64,000 nucleotides of DNA from a virus (IMGVR_UViG_3300037322_000296:3085-67084), one strand, 5' to 3'; counted from the stretch's first letter, positions 39,785 through 48,939 are shown. Program-made: numbers and translations. Notes: generated by a model from the letters alone, not told the origin.

Positions 39785-40171
39785 CTAGTTTATTAATTTT
39801 GTTAAATCTACTGCTTGAAACCCTTCTGGCTTTAAAATCTTACCAAATTCATTTCTTTTTACTTTTCCATCAGGACCAACTTTTGTCATATTATTCAAAT
39901 GAACAAGGTTGAAAGCTTCTCCAACTACGTTTTGCAACCCATGAAAATTAATTGTTCCTGCTAAAACATATAATTGATCTACACAAGCGTCTAAAATTTC
40001 AATTAAATCTGAATCTCTACACGCATCTATGTATTCTTCATTTTCTTCCTTCATAAGGTCGAATCTAAGATTTGCGTGGTCTATTTTTGATAAAGTTGGC
40101 TTATCGCTTGTTGGTTGTCCTGTGGCTTTTTGAAAGTCCGATACCGATTCTAATAATTCTTTTAAATTCAT
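39785..40171 (-). CDS. MazG-like NTP pyrophosphohydrolase
   Basis: LMKEENEEY, EILDACVDQLYV, VHLNNMTK, GKILKPEGF. Confidence 0.88.
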   Translation of the reverse strand: MNLKELLESVSDFQKATGQPTSDKPTLSKIDHANLRFDLMKEENEEYIDACRDSDLIEILDACVDQLYVLAGTINFHGLQNVVGEAFNLVHLNNMTKVGPDGKVKRNEFGKILKPEGFQAVDLTKLIN

Positions 40172-40174
40172 ATT

Positions 40175-41074
40175 TTAGTTTTTATTCTTTTCGTAAATTT
40201 CTATTTCTTTCTCACACAAATATTTTCTTGCCAACATAACGACTAACTTCATTTCGTCTATGTCTTCTGGATATAATTCAATGTCAAACTTTTTAACTCT
40301 AAATTGTGGCGGAATTGTAAAATCAAGAATTTTGCTTTGAAACACATAATGTGGAAATTCCTCTTGAAATTCTTTTATATCAAACACCATATTTCTTTCT
40401 AACTGCTGAATTGCCTTGATCCAACTTTCGTTATCATCATCAGGATTTCCTGCTTGATAAAACATTCTAGTTTTCTCGTTTAGAATTTGATGTACCGGAT
40501 TATTTACACAACAATAAACCAACTGACCTTTGTTTAAATTAGTAAGCCAACAATATGCTTTTATTTGAGATTCATACAAGGTCGTAATATCCGAATTTTC
40601 AAAAGATTCTAAATCAAACGAACACTTTGTATCTCTGACTATTTTATCAACATTATCAGGCGTTCCGCAAACGTATTCATTCTCAAAATATTCATCATTT
40701 TTGGAATAAAATGCGTTATCTACTTTAGATAATAAGTCTAGCGCATTTTGCTCTTGAAAATTTCCTTTTTCTAAATACTTATTTGCTAAAAACCTTTTCC
40801 TTTTCCAAAATAAATCTCTAAAAACTTCATCGAGATATGATTTTGCACCTTTTGATAATTCATCTGGCGCATCTCTTTTTGCTTTTAGCTCACCTAGTTT
40901 AATTCGCATATTTTCAGTCAATGCTAATTTAGGGTTGTTCATTGATTCCAAAACTCTTTCTTCAAGTTTTCTAAGTTCGTCTAATTGGTTTTGGGTAATT
41001 TTATTCAAACTACCCATTAATTTACCAATAGAACTTGCTCTAGCCTTCCAATTTTTAAAAACTAATTCGCTCAT
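40175..41074 (-). CDS. lambda-exo/YqaJ-like exonuclease
   Basis: ARASSIG, GTPD, DTKCS, YESQIKAY. Confidence 0.8.
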   Translation of the reverse strand: MSELVFKNWKARASSIGKLMGSLNKITQNQLDELRKLEERVLESMNNPKLALTENMRIKLGELKAKRDAPDELSKGAKSYLDEVFRDLFWKRKRFLANKYLEKGNFQEQNALDLLSKVDNAFYSKNDEYFENEYVCGTPDNVDKIVRDTKCSFDLESFENSDITTLYESQIKAYCWLTNLNKGQLVYCCVNNPVHQILNEKTRMFYQAGNPDDDNESWIKAIQQLERNMVFDIKEFQEEFPHYVFQSKILDFTIPPQFRVKKFDIELYPEDIDEMKLVVMLARKYLCEKEIEIYEKNKN

Positions 41075-41077
41075 AAT

Positions 41078-41992
41078 TTATTTTTTAGTTTTGAATTCTT
41101 TTAATTTATCTGAATACTCTACAAATAAGTCATAATCGTCTTCAGCAGAAGGAGTAAATACACAACTTTTCAACTCTTCTAATGTTGTGCTTAATAACAT
41201 GTGCTTTCGTACATAAGTACTAATCAAGTCGGCATCAATTGGACGGATGGCAGCAGAACATTTTTCTAATTCTGCAATTGTGGCAGATTCTTTTTCAATA
41301 TGCGAAATTACTCTTGCGTGTTGTTTATTTATCGCTACTTCTTGAACACTTGCTTTAGGAGTAACATCAATGTATGGACCAACTTCTGAAGCGTCGCCGT
41401 CAGGAATGTCAGTTCCTTCAACCGTATTAAATAACCATCTTCTTGCTTTTCTTTCTGCTTTGCCTAAAATAGCGTCAGCAGTAGCATAAGCATTTGATTT
41501 AATAGCAAATTCTTGTTCTTGAATGTTAGATACTCCATTCAATTCCCATTTAATTGTAGCGGTACAATTTGCAGAAGACTTGTCTGTTGTAAAAATTGGA
41601 TTAGAATAAGAAATAGAGTATTTCAATCCATTTATTTTTTTAAGAAGCGATCCAAATCCTTGTCGAGTTGGGTACATTTGTTTTGCTATGATGTTAAATT
41701 CATTATTTGTGGGAGAAAGCCCAAGCAAAACTGCATCAATAAGACAAGCTTTAACTTCCTCCATTGAATAAACTTTATCTGTCTTAAATCCTAAATTAGA
41801 GCCTTGAAGAGCCAAAATTGGGTTCATAAATTCAGGAGTTAATTTTTTTTGCAAAACCATTATAGCTGATGCCGTAACGAATGCTTTTTCAAATCCTTCA
41901 ATTTTATTACTTAAAACTGCTAAAATTTGATTGTTTAGTTCTTGCGACACTAAAGATTGTGATTCTGTGATGTTTTTAATTTCTGTTGACAT
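41078..41992 (-). CDS. putative ssDNA-annealing recombinase (RecT-like)
   Basis: AVLLGLSP motif; adjacent to exonuclease and SSB. Confidence 0.55.
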   Translation of the reverse strand: MSTEIKNITESQSLVSQELNNQILAVLSNKIEGFEKAFVTASAIMVLQKKLTPEFMNPILALQGSNLGFKTDKVYSMEEVKACLIDAVLLGLSPTNNEFNIIAKQMYPTRQGFGSLLKKINGLKYSISYSNPIFTTDKSSANCTATIKWELNGVSNIQEQEFAIKSNAYATADAILGKAERKARRWLFNTVEGTDIPDGDASEVGPYIDVTPKASVQEVAINKQHARVISHIEKESATIAELEKCSAAIRPIDADLISTYVRKHMLLSTTLEELKSCVFTPSAEDDYDLFVEYSDKLKEFKTKK

Positions 41993-41996
41993 TTTT

Positions 41997-42218
41997 TTAC
42001 TTTTTAAATTGTTTTAAATATTTTTGTTCAATTCTAGGCGATTTCCCTATAAATACTTTAATAATATCGCCATTTTTTATTTTTCGGTTTACAGTATCTC
42101 TTGAAAGACCTGTTAGTTTGGCAAATTCCGTAATTGAATAATTCCTATCATCATCGGACTTTACATTAATGATGATTCGTTCTCCTGGGTTAACATCTAT
42201 TGTTCTTTCTTCTGCCAT
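41997..42218 (-). CDS. excisionase-like HTH protein
   Basis: YSITEFAKLTGLSRDTVNRKIKNGDI...IGKSPRI. Confidence 0.7.
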   Translation of the reverse strand: MAEERTIDVNPGERIIINVKSDDDRNYSITEFAKLTGLSRDTVNRKIKNGDIIKVFIGKSPRIEQKYLKQFKK

Positions 42219-43414
42219 TATTTTTTAGTTGGTACGTTATAATCTTCTTGCAATATATTCAAGACTTGAAGTAGAACATCTTGTTTCGATCCGTAGTCAA
42301 TTTTATCTGCAATATAATTAAAAATTGAATCCCAAGTTTCTTCAAACTCTACTTCTTGGACCACGACTTCAGTATCTAAAATTACTTTGTCTTCAAGCAT
42401 TGGCAATTCTACTTTTTCTACAACTACTTCCTTTATAGGATCGGGTTTTAAACTTTCTGCTAATTTAGCATCTAAAACTAATTTTTTAGCTTCAAATTCT
42501 ACTTTTTCCTTTTCAAATTTATCTTGTGCAATTCGGTTTTTTTCGTCAGCAAGTCTTTGATCTTCTATCTTAGATATTATTTCTACCTGCTGATTTAAAC
42601 GAGTTTGCATTATAGAATACTTAGCATAAAATTCTTCTTGATAATGCTTTAAACCTGATAATTTAGCAGATTTAAAAGAATTTTTCATTTCCGCAATGTC
42701 TTGAAGTTTCAAAGACGATCCATTTGCGTTCCATTCATTTTCCCACATCCAAATTTTAGTTTGCTCCGATTTCTTTTCTGCAATCAATAAATTCTCAACA
42801 CGAATATTTTCTTGTTCGGTAAGAGTAGAAATTTTATTTTCAAAAACATCGTCTATATAATTTGTTGTTTGCTCAAATAAAACATCATACTCTTGAAATA
42901 AATTTCTATCTACTTCAGAAACCGAAATAGAGTATCCGTCTTTTATTTCTTGAATATTTTCATACTGCATAACTGAAATTTCATTTTCCCATTTTTCCTT
43001 AAATTCTGCAATAGTTTCCTTAATACCATTAATTCTTTCTTCTTCTAAACGTACTTTTTCAAGGCGTTCAAGCTCTTTTACTTCTTCCCAAGCCGAAACC
43101 TTTTCTTGACGAACTTCTTCCGCTAGTCTAACTTCTTGTATTAAAGATTCGTACTGCGTTTTAACCGATTCTATTACGATCACCTTCAACTTACTTACAA
43201 CTTCTTTAGATTCTCTTTCCAAACCTGTACGCAACGTTTTAACGGCAGTTCTTGACTTTTTCATATCTTCATACGAACTGTTGTCAATTACATCTTTAAT
43301 AGGGTTGTTTTTTATAACCTCAGCGATGCTTTCTTTTTTACCTTGAAGTTCTGGTAGATTTTCTGATTTGAACTTCGATAAATCAATAATTTCATTTTTA
43401 ACTTGTTTTGCCAT
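42218..43414 (-). CDS. coiled-coil protein (DUF1351/Gp157-like)
   Basis: 398 aa, helical, first gene of recombination operon. Confidence 0.55.
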   Translation of the reverse strand: MAKQVKNEIIDLSKFKSENLPELQGKKESIAEVIKNNPIKDVIDNSSYEDMKKSRTAVKTLRTGLERESKEVVSKLKVIVIESVKTQYESLIQEVRLAEEVRQEKVSAWEEVKELERLEKVRLEEERINGIKETIAEFKEKWENEISVMQYENIQEIKDGYSISVSEVDRNLFQEYDVLFEQTTNYIDDVFENKISTLTEQENIRVENLLIAEKKSEQTKIWMWENEWNANGSSLKLQDIAEMKNSFKSAKLSGLKHYQEEFYAKYSIMQTRLNQQVEIISKIEDQRLADEKNRIAQDKFEKEKVEFEAKKLVLDAKLAESLKPDPIKEVVVEKVELPMLEDKVILDTEVVVQEVEFEETWDSIFNYIADKIDYGSKQDVLLQVLNILQEDYNVPTKK

Positions 43415-43446
43415 ATTAAATAATTTAGATTAGTAACTCTTGAATG

Positions 43447-43651
43447 CAAAGATAAGAATGTATTTTAAATAACCGCACAATTATTGTATTATTTTTATAT
43501 AAAAAATATCGGAGTAAAGTTTTTCCTACAAATGAAAAGTTACCTAAAACGCTAGGAGTATAGTCTTTGCACTACAATCGTAATATGATTGTGTTTTTAA
43601 TAAAAAATTGTATTAAAATTGTGCGGTAATCAAAAATAATTTATATATTTG
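43447..43651. promoter_or_regulatory. divergent promoter pair with shared AATTGTGCGGT box
   Basis: Minus -7 TATCTTTG (43447-43454) and plus -7 TATATTTG (43644-43651); 11-bp inverted repeat at 43472-43482 and 43617-43627 over each -33 region. Confidence 0.7.
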
Positions 43652-43700
43652 CGTATTGAATAAAACCGCGGTTATAGGCAGTATGGGAATTTAAAAATAA

Positions 43701-44429
43701 ATGAAAATGAAATATATGGGAAGTAAGGCAAGGTTTGCAAAAGAACTATTGCCAATAATATTAAAAGATAGAAAAGAAAATCAATACTATGTAGAGCCTT
43801 TTGTTGGTGGTGCAAATATGATTGACAAAGTAAATGGGTTGAGGATTGCTGGAGATAGTAATAAATATCTAATTGCATTATGGAATGGTTTAAAAACTAA
43901 TAGCGATTTACTTATGGAAATATCAAAAGACACTTTTTCAAAAGCAAGAACTGAATACAATGACAAAACTAATATTGAATTTACAGATTTTGAATTAGGT
44001 TGGATTGGTTTTATGGGAGGGTTTAATGGTAGATTTTATGGTGGGGGATATTCAGGCAAGCATAGAAATAGAGATTATGTAAATGAGCAAATCCGAAATA
44101 CATTAAAGCAATTAGAAGCCATAAAAGATATTGATTTTAATAGTTGTAATTACGACCAATTAGAAATACCAAACGGAAGTATTATTTATTGCGATATTCC
44201 TTATCAAGGTACAAAAGAATATGATACAAAGGATAGATTTAATCATACAGAATTTTGGAGCTGGTGTAGGGAAAAATCAAAAAATAATACTGTCTATGTT
44301 TCAGAATATAATGCACCAGATGATTTTGAGTGTGTTTGGGAAAAGAAAGTAAACGTATCAATTAGACCAACAAAAACCTTACAACAAACAGAACGATTAT
44401 TTAGGCTAAAATCGACTATTGAAAACTAA
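43701..44429 (+). CDS. DNA adenine methyltransferase, D12/Dam class (cassette 7)
   Basis: KYMGSK, YVEPFVGG, IYCDIPY, VSEY. Confidence 0.9.
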   Translation: MKMKYMGSKARFAKELLPIILKDRKENQYYVEPFVGGANMIDKVNGLRIAGDSNKYLIALWNGLKTNSDLLMEISKDTFSKARTEYNDKTNIEFTDFELGWIGFMGGFNGRFYGGGYSGKHRNRDYVNEQIRNTLKQLEAIKDIDFNSCNYDQLEIPNGSIIYCDIPYQGTKEYDTKDRFNHTEFWSWCREKSKNNTVYVSEYNAPDDFECVWEKKVNVSIRPTKTLQQTERLFRLKSTIEN

Positions 44430-44448
44430 TAATAATATTGCCTATAAC

Positions 44449-44567
44449 GTTCCCTCGCTTGCTCGTCGTTGCGGATTTCGTAACGATAAATTTTCAACTT
44501 AAAAATAAATATGATGCGAAACGAAAATATGATTAAACCAATAAACTCACAATCTTGCAAAACACGT
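44449..44567. repeat. attC-like spacer F (119 bp), apparently chimeric
   Basis: Most of it resembles reverse complement of spacer A (…tcacaatcttgcaaaacacgt identical); first 12 nt match reverse complement of spacer E end. Confidence 0.8.
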
Positions 44568-44634
44568 GTTGTAGGCATACCACTTAACACTTTTAAAAAT
44601 AACTTAAATTAAAAATAACTTAAATTAAATAAAA

Positions 44635-45600
44635 ATGAAAAAATATCCAAGTATCGAGCAGTTTAGAAATGTTATTAGAACTGTAAAAACAAATCACGAT
44701 TATCAAGGTAAAGATGAAAATGGAGAAAGTATTTATTCTCACAATTCTAATTACCCAACTTTAAAATTCAAAGGAACTGTAAAGCTTCACGGAACAAATG
44801 CTGGAGTTGTAAAATACGCTGATGGAAAAATAGAATTTCAATCAAGAGAAAGAGTTTTAACTTTAGATTCAGATAATTCTGGATTTATGAATAAAATGCA
44901 CTTATTAGATTTTGAAAAATATTTTTCTCAATTAACATTTACAGAAAGTTGTGCGATTTATGGAGAATGGTGTGGTGGAAACGTTCAAAAAGGAGTTGCT
45001 ATAAACGGACTTGAAAAAATGTTTGTGATTTTTGGAGTAAAAACAGATGATGAATGGATTGAAATTCCTGTAACATTTATAGATGAAGAAAATAAAATAT
45101 TCAATATTAATCAATTCAAAACGTATGAAGTTGAAATAGATTTTAATAATCCAGAATTAATACAAAATAAACTTATTGAATTGACTATTGAAGTTGAAAA
45201 TGAATGTCCTGTTGGTAAATATTTTGGGAATATTGGTATTGGAGAAGGAATTGTATTTACTTCTTTAAAGTACCCTGATTTAATATTCAAATCAAAAGGA
45301 GAAAAACATTCTGTATCAAAAGTAAAAGTGTTAAATGAAATTGATGTTGTAGCAATGGAAAATATTAATGAATTTATTGAACTATCTGTAACAGAAAATA
45401 GATTGAAACAAGGATTACAAGTTTTAAAAGAAAATGGAATATTGATAGAGACTAAATCAATTGGAGAGTTTTTAAGATGGATTGTAACTGATGTTTTAAA
45501 AGAAGAAAAAGACACTTTAGAAACAAGTAGATTAGATGAGAAAAAAGTGAAAGGAGCAATTGTAAACAAAGCAAGAGTTTGGTTTTTAAACAATTTTTAG
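44635..45600 (+). CDS. RNA ligase, Rnl2-like (cassette 8)
   Basis: Motif I KLHGTN, QSRER, YGEW, GEGIV, FKSK. Confidence 0.88.
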   Translation: MKKYPSIEQFRNVIRTVKTNHDYQGKDENGESIYSHNSNYPTLKFKGTVKLHGTNAGVVKYADGKIEFQSRERVLTLDSDNSGFMNKMHLLDFEKYFSQLTFTESCAIYGEWCGGNVQKGVAINGLEKMFVIFGVKTDDEWIEIPVTFIDEENKIFNINQFKTYEVEIDFNNPELIQNKLIELTIEVENECPVGKYFGNIGIGEGIVFTSLKYPDLIFKSKGEKHSVSKVKVLNEIDVVAMENINEFIELSVTENRLKQGLQVLKENGILIETKSIGEFLRWIVTDVLKEEKDTLETSRLDEKKVKGAIVNKARVWFLNNF

Positions 45601-45618
45601 CGATAATATGGGCGGTTG

Positions 45619-45709
45619 CCTACAACTTGTATATATAAGAACCTACATTTGTAAAATACTTATAACCAAACAATTAAAAATTGAACCAATTGCGCTAAAA
45701 AAATAGATA
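45619..45709 (-). repeat. attI-like anchor, copy 2 (inverted repeat of 27734-27825)
   Basis: See copy 1; ends at the base immediately before the recombinase ATG (45710). Confidence 0.9.
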
Positions 45710-46960
45710 ATGAATATAATTTATAATTTAAAAATAGGAAAAAAGAGCAATCAATTATTTTTGCGGTTGTATAAATCTAAGCTTGATATTAGTTGTAGTA
45801 TTGGGATTGTTTTAGATACTAATGATTGGAATCAAGAATTACAATTAGCAAATTCTTCAATTATTAATCAGAAGTTGTCAGAACTTAAGTCTAACGTTTT
45901 AAGAAGCTATAACGAAATGTTTGTGCAAGGTTTTATAATTGATAAAAACGCTCTTAAAAATATAATATCTGATTGTTTTAATAGGCCAACAAAAGAAATT
46001 TCACAAGCAAATAATGACATGTATGTTTATTATTCAGATTTTGCTCAAAATTGGCTTGATAAAGATTCGGATCAATGGAAAACTTCTGCTAGAAAAACAA
46101 TGGTTAAGTCCTTGAAAAAACAATACCAGGACTTTGTTAATTTGTTTTTAGAATTTGAAAAAACATTGGAATCGAAACTTATTTTAAAGGATATGACTAT
46201 TGATGATTTTTACGGATTTGCTAATTATATGGAAGAAGAAAGCTACAATAATAGCACGATAAAGAGAACGCTATCTAGGATGAAGTTTTTTTGTCAAAGA
46301 GCAAACGAGCAAGGGATAAAGATTTCCTCTGCTTATAATCAAAGAGTTTTTGTAGAAAATGATAGTGATGAAATTGAAGGTGTATATTTGAATGAGGTGG
46401 AAGTTTTAAAAGTTTATAATACTGATTTTAGTTTTGATCCAAAATTGCAAACGGCAAAAGAAAATTTGTTGATAGGTATTTTTAGCGGACTTCGTTGTAG
46501 TGATTACCTAACAAATTTAGATTTAAAAAATATCAAAGATGATTTTATTACAATAACCACTCAAAAAACTAAAACGAAAGTCGTGATTCCGGTACATGAC
46601 ATAATAAAAGAAATTATTAAAAGTAATTTTGGTCAATTACCTCCGAAAATGAATGCTTTTGAATTTGGAAAGTCTATAAAGATAATTGGGCAAATTTGCG
46701 GATTTGATGAATTAGTATTTGGAAAAAAATGGGATGCTGATAAAAAAAGAAAAATAGTTGGTTATTTCAAACGTTACGAACTATTTACTACACACATTGC
46801 GAGAAGGAGTATGGCTAGTAATTTGTATGGTAAAATTCCTAATGATAGTATTTTATCGATATTGGGATGGCAGAATGAATCCATGTTATTTCATTATGTT
46901 AAAACCTCAAAGAAAGAACACGCACAAAAATTAAACGATTATTGGCAAACTAAAAACTAA
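45710..46960 (+). CDS. tyrosine recombinase / phage integrase
   Basis: SGLRCSD (R), TQKT (K), HIARRS (HxxR), LGW, FHY (Y); N-terminal arm-binding and SAM-like regions. Confidence 0.92.
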   Translation: MNIIYNLKIGKKSNQLFLRLYKSKLDISCSIGIVLDTNDWNQELQLANSSIINQKLSELKSNVLRSYNEMFVQGFIIDKNALKNIISDCFNRPTKEISQANNDMYVYYSDFAQNWLDKDSDQWKTSARKTMVKSLKKQYQDFVNLFLEFEKTLESKLILKDMTIDDFYGFANYMEEESYNNSTIKRTLSRMKFFCQRANEQGIKISSAYNQRVFVENDSDEIEGVYLNEVEVLKVYNTDFSFDPKLQTAKENLLIGIFSGLRCSDYLTNLDLKNIKDDFITITTQKTKTKVVIPVHDIIKEIIKSNFGQLPPKMNAFEFGKSIKIIGQICGFDELVFGKKWDADKKRKIVGYFKRYELFTTHIARRSMASNLYGKIPNDSILSILGWQNESMLFHYVKTSKKEHAQKLNDYWQTKN

Positions 46961-46965
46961 AAAAT

Positions 46966-47337
46966 ATGACAAAACCAAAAACAGGAATAGCCGTTGATGG
47001 AGCTTGCTCGGGAAATCCTGGTCCTGCTGAATACAGAATAGTAGATATAGCGACAAATAAAATTTTGTTTGAAAGAAAAATAGGTATCGGAACTAATAAT
47101 CATGCTGAGTTTATTGGTTTATGTGATGCTATTTCTAAATTCCCTAATGAAACAATATATACTGACAGTCTAACAGCTATATCTTGGGTATTTAAAAGAA
47201 AAGTAAATAGTAAGCATTATCACAAAGAAATTGATAAATGGATTGATATGCTTAAAAAAATTTCTAAATTTCCAAATATTGTAAAATGGGAAACTAAAAA
47301 ATTTGGAGAAATTCCTGCTGACTTTGGCAGAAAATAA
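46966..47337 (+). CDS. ribonuclease HI (catalytic domain only)
   Basis: VDGACSGNPG, TNNHAEF, YTDS, GEIPADFGRK. Confidence 0.9.
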   Translation: MTKPKTGIAVDGACSGNPGPAEYRIVDIATNKILFERKIGIGTNNHAEFIGLCDAISKFPNETIYTDSLTAISWVFKRKVNSKHYHKEIDKWIDMLKKISKFPNIVKWETKKFGEIPADFGRK

Positions 47338-47338
47338 C

Positions 47339-47444
47339 TATATTTGCCTTAAATAACAAGTAAGGCAGTTATGAACTTTTAAAAGTCCTTTTACAAGGCA
47401 CATATAAAGTCTAATAGAACGCCTTACTTCTATTGGACTTTTTT
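47339..47444 (+). promoter_or_regulatory. -7 promoter followed by terminator hairpin with alternative pairings
   Basis: TATATTTG 47339-47346; stem 47406-47441 plus T-run; gccttactt (47421-47429) complementary to aagtaaggc (47358-47366). Confidence 0.55.
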
Positions 47445-47858
47445 GTTTTTTACAAGTATTGAATAAATGGTTTTCAACTGCATACCATTAAACGATTTTG
47501 CAACAACGCAAACTAAAAAAAGCAGAATAATACAATATGAGTTTAAAATAAAAAGAAAATGTTGAAAGGAACGTGCCAAAGAAACACCTGCTCTGTATTA
47601 GCTTTACAACAGGCAACTCCTGCATCGAAAGATGGTTTCGGTAACGAGTTAAAAAGAATGAAATTTAGTAGGATTCATTCACCTAAAATTAGGTAAGGGG
47701 TAACAATTGTCCGATTAAGCATAGTGTAATAGTCCTAAACTCAAAATCAATTTTATTTTAAACTTAGTTGTTGTAGATAGGAGGGGTAAAAGCGAAGCTA
47801 TATTTTATAGTTAAAAAATCAAATAAAAAAACCACTTATTTCTAAATGGTTTTACTTT

Positions 47859-48218
47859 TTATCTATGTTGTTCTTGTCTTGTTTTTAAAACTTTATCGTT
47901 TGATATTTTTGTATGGTATTTTAATTCTTTTCCTTTTTCAATTAACATTTCGTGCGTGAAATACAAAGGTTGTCCTACAACATCAACTCCGATTTGAAAA
48001 GAAACTTCTTGTGTTCTAAATCTATTGGTTAAGTTTTTTTCTTGAACTATTTTGTTTTCTAACTTTTTTACCAGAATAAGCAAGTCTGCTTGTTTTTCTA
48101 TCCACCGGCTTTTTAGAAATTGTTTACCTGCTGCTGAAGTTTTTGGTCTGCCTGGATTTTGATGTTCGATAACCTTTACGTATCGGTTAATCAATTCGTC
48201 AATGCTACATTTTTTCAT
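47859..48218 (-). CDS. hypothetical protein
   Basis: 119 aa, ATGA overlap with upstream gene. Confidence 0.65.
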   Translation of the reverse strand: MKKCSIDELINRYVKVIEHQNPGRPKTSAAGKQFLKSRWIEKQADLLILVKKLENKIVQEKNLTNRFRTQEVSFQIGVDVVGQPLYFTHEMLIEKGKELKYHTKISNDKVLKTRQEQHR

Positions 48219-48688
48219 GGTTTTTCATTTTGAATTTCAATTATATCTTTTAGTATTTTTAATTGATACCCCGATATGTTATCAGGAATTTTGCCTGTAT
48301 TTCTAAACACATTCAAGCCATTGGTTATCATTTCTCTACTTTGCCGCTTGACTAATAACTGTTGGTGTACTTTGTTGTTTAGAAACGGTGTTTTTGGATC
48401 TACTTTACTTAAGTTAATGAAAGTATTCGTAGATTCGATTAGGTCGGATGAAACTATATTTTCTTGCATTTTGTTATTTTTTTCTATAAGCAAACTTACT
48501 AAATTAATTCCTAAATACTTTACAATTTTATCTACTGTATTGAAAGTAACTCCTTGATTAAGATTTCTTTCTATTTTAGAAATTACGCTGGCATAGTTTT
48601 CAGTTCCGTAAATTTGTTTTGATAATTCTTGCAAGGTTAATTCTTTTTGCGTTCTTAGATCTTTGATTTGTTCGCCTAATTCTCTCAT
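48215..48688 (-). CDS. XRE-family HTH regulator
   Basis: LGEQIKDLRTQKELTLQELS...ISKIERN; probable start MRELG at 48688. Confidence 0.8.
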   Translation of the reverse strand: MRELGEQIKDLRTQKELTLQELSKQIYGTENYASVISKIERNLNQGVTFNTVDKIVKYLGINLVSLLIEKNNKMQENIVSSDLIESTNTFINLSKVDPKTPFLNNKVHQQLLVKRQSREMITNGLNVFRNTGKIPDNISGYQLKILKDIIEIQNEKP

Positions 48689-48765
48689 AGTAAATTGTAT
48701 ATTATAACCACCGCTATTATGCTTCCTATTCTGTAACATAACTCTTTGTTTGTTTCTGACATGGT

Positions 48766-48939
48766 TTAGTTTATAAGGTTTTGTAATTGTATTTTTTGGT
48801 TTTTTGATAGTTTGACTATTGGTAAGTTAAATGAAGGATCGGTTGCTAAGGTTTCCAATTCGTGTTTAGGAAGTCTTTTTATGCTATTAATCATTTTAAG
48901 TTGTAGCATCCGGTTGTTGTTTTCTATTATTTTTTTCAT
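48766..48939 (-). CDS. 57-aa hypothetical protein (not in ORF track)
   Basis: MKKIIENNNRMLQLK... fills gap, A-rich leader. Confidence 0.45.
   Translation of the reverse strand: MKKIIENNNRMLQLKMINSIKRLPKHELETLATDPSFNLPIVKLSKNQKIQLQNLIN

Larger units (their letters stand above)
43671..45626 (+). mobile_element. integron-like gene cassette array 2 (2 cassettes)
   Basis: Cassette 43671-44448 (gttataggcagtat...atattgcctataac) and 44568-45626 (gttgtaggca...tgcctacaac) separated by spacer F. Confidence 0.85.
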
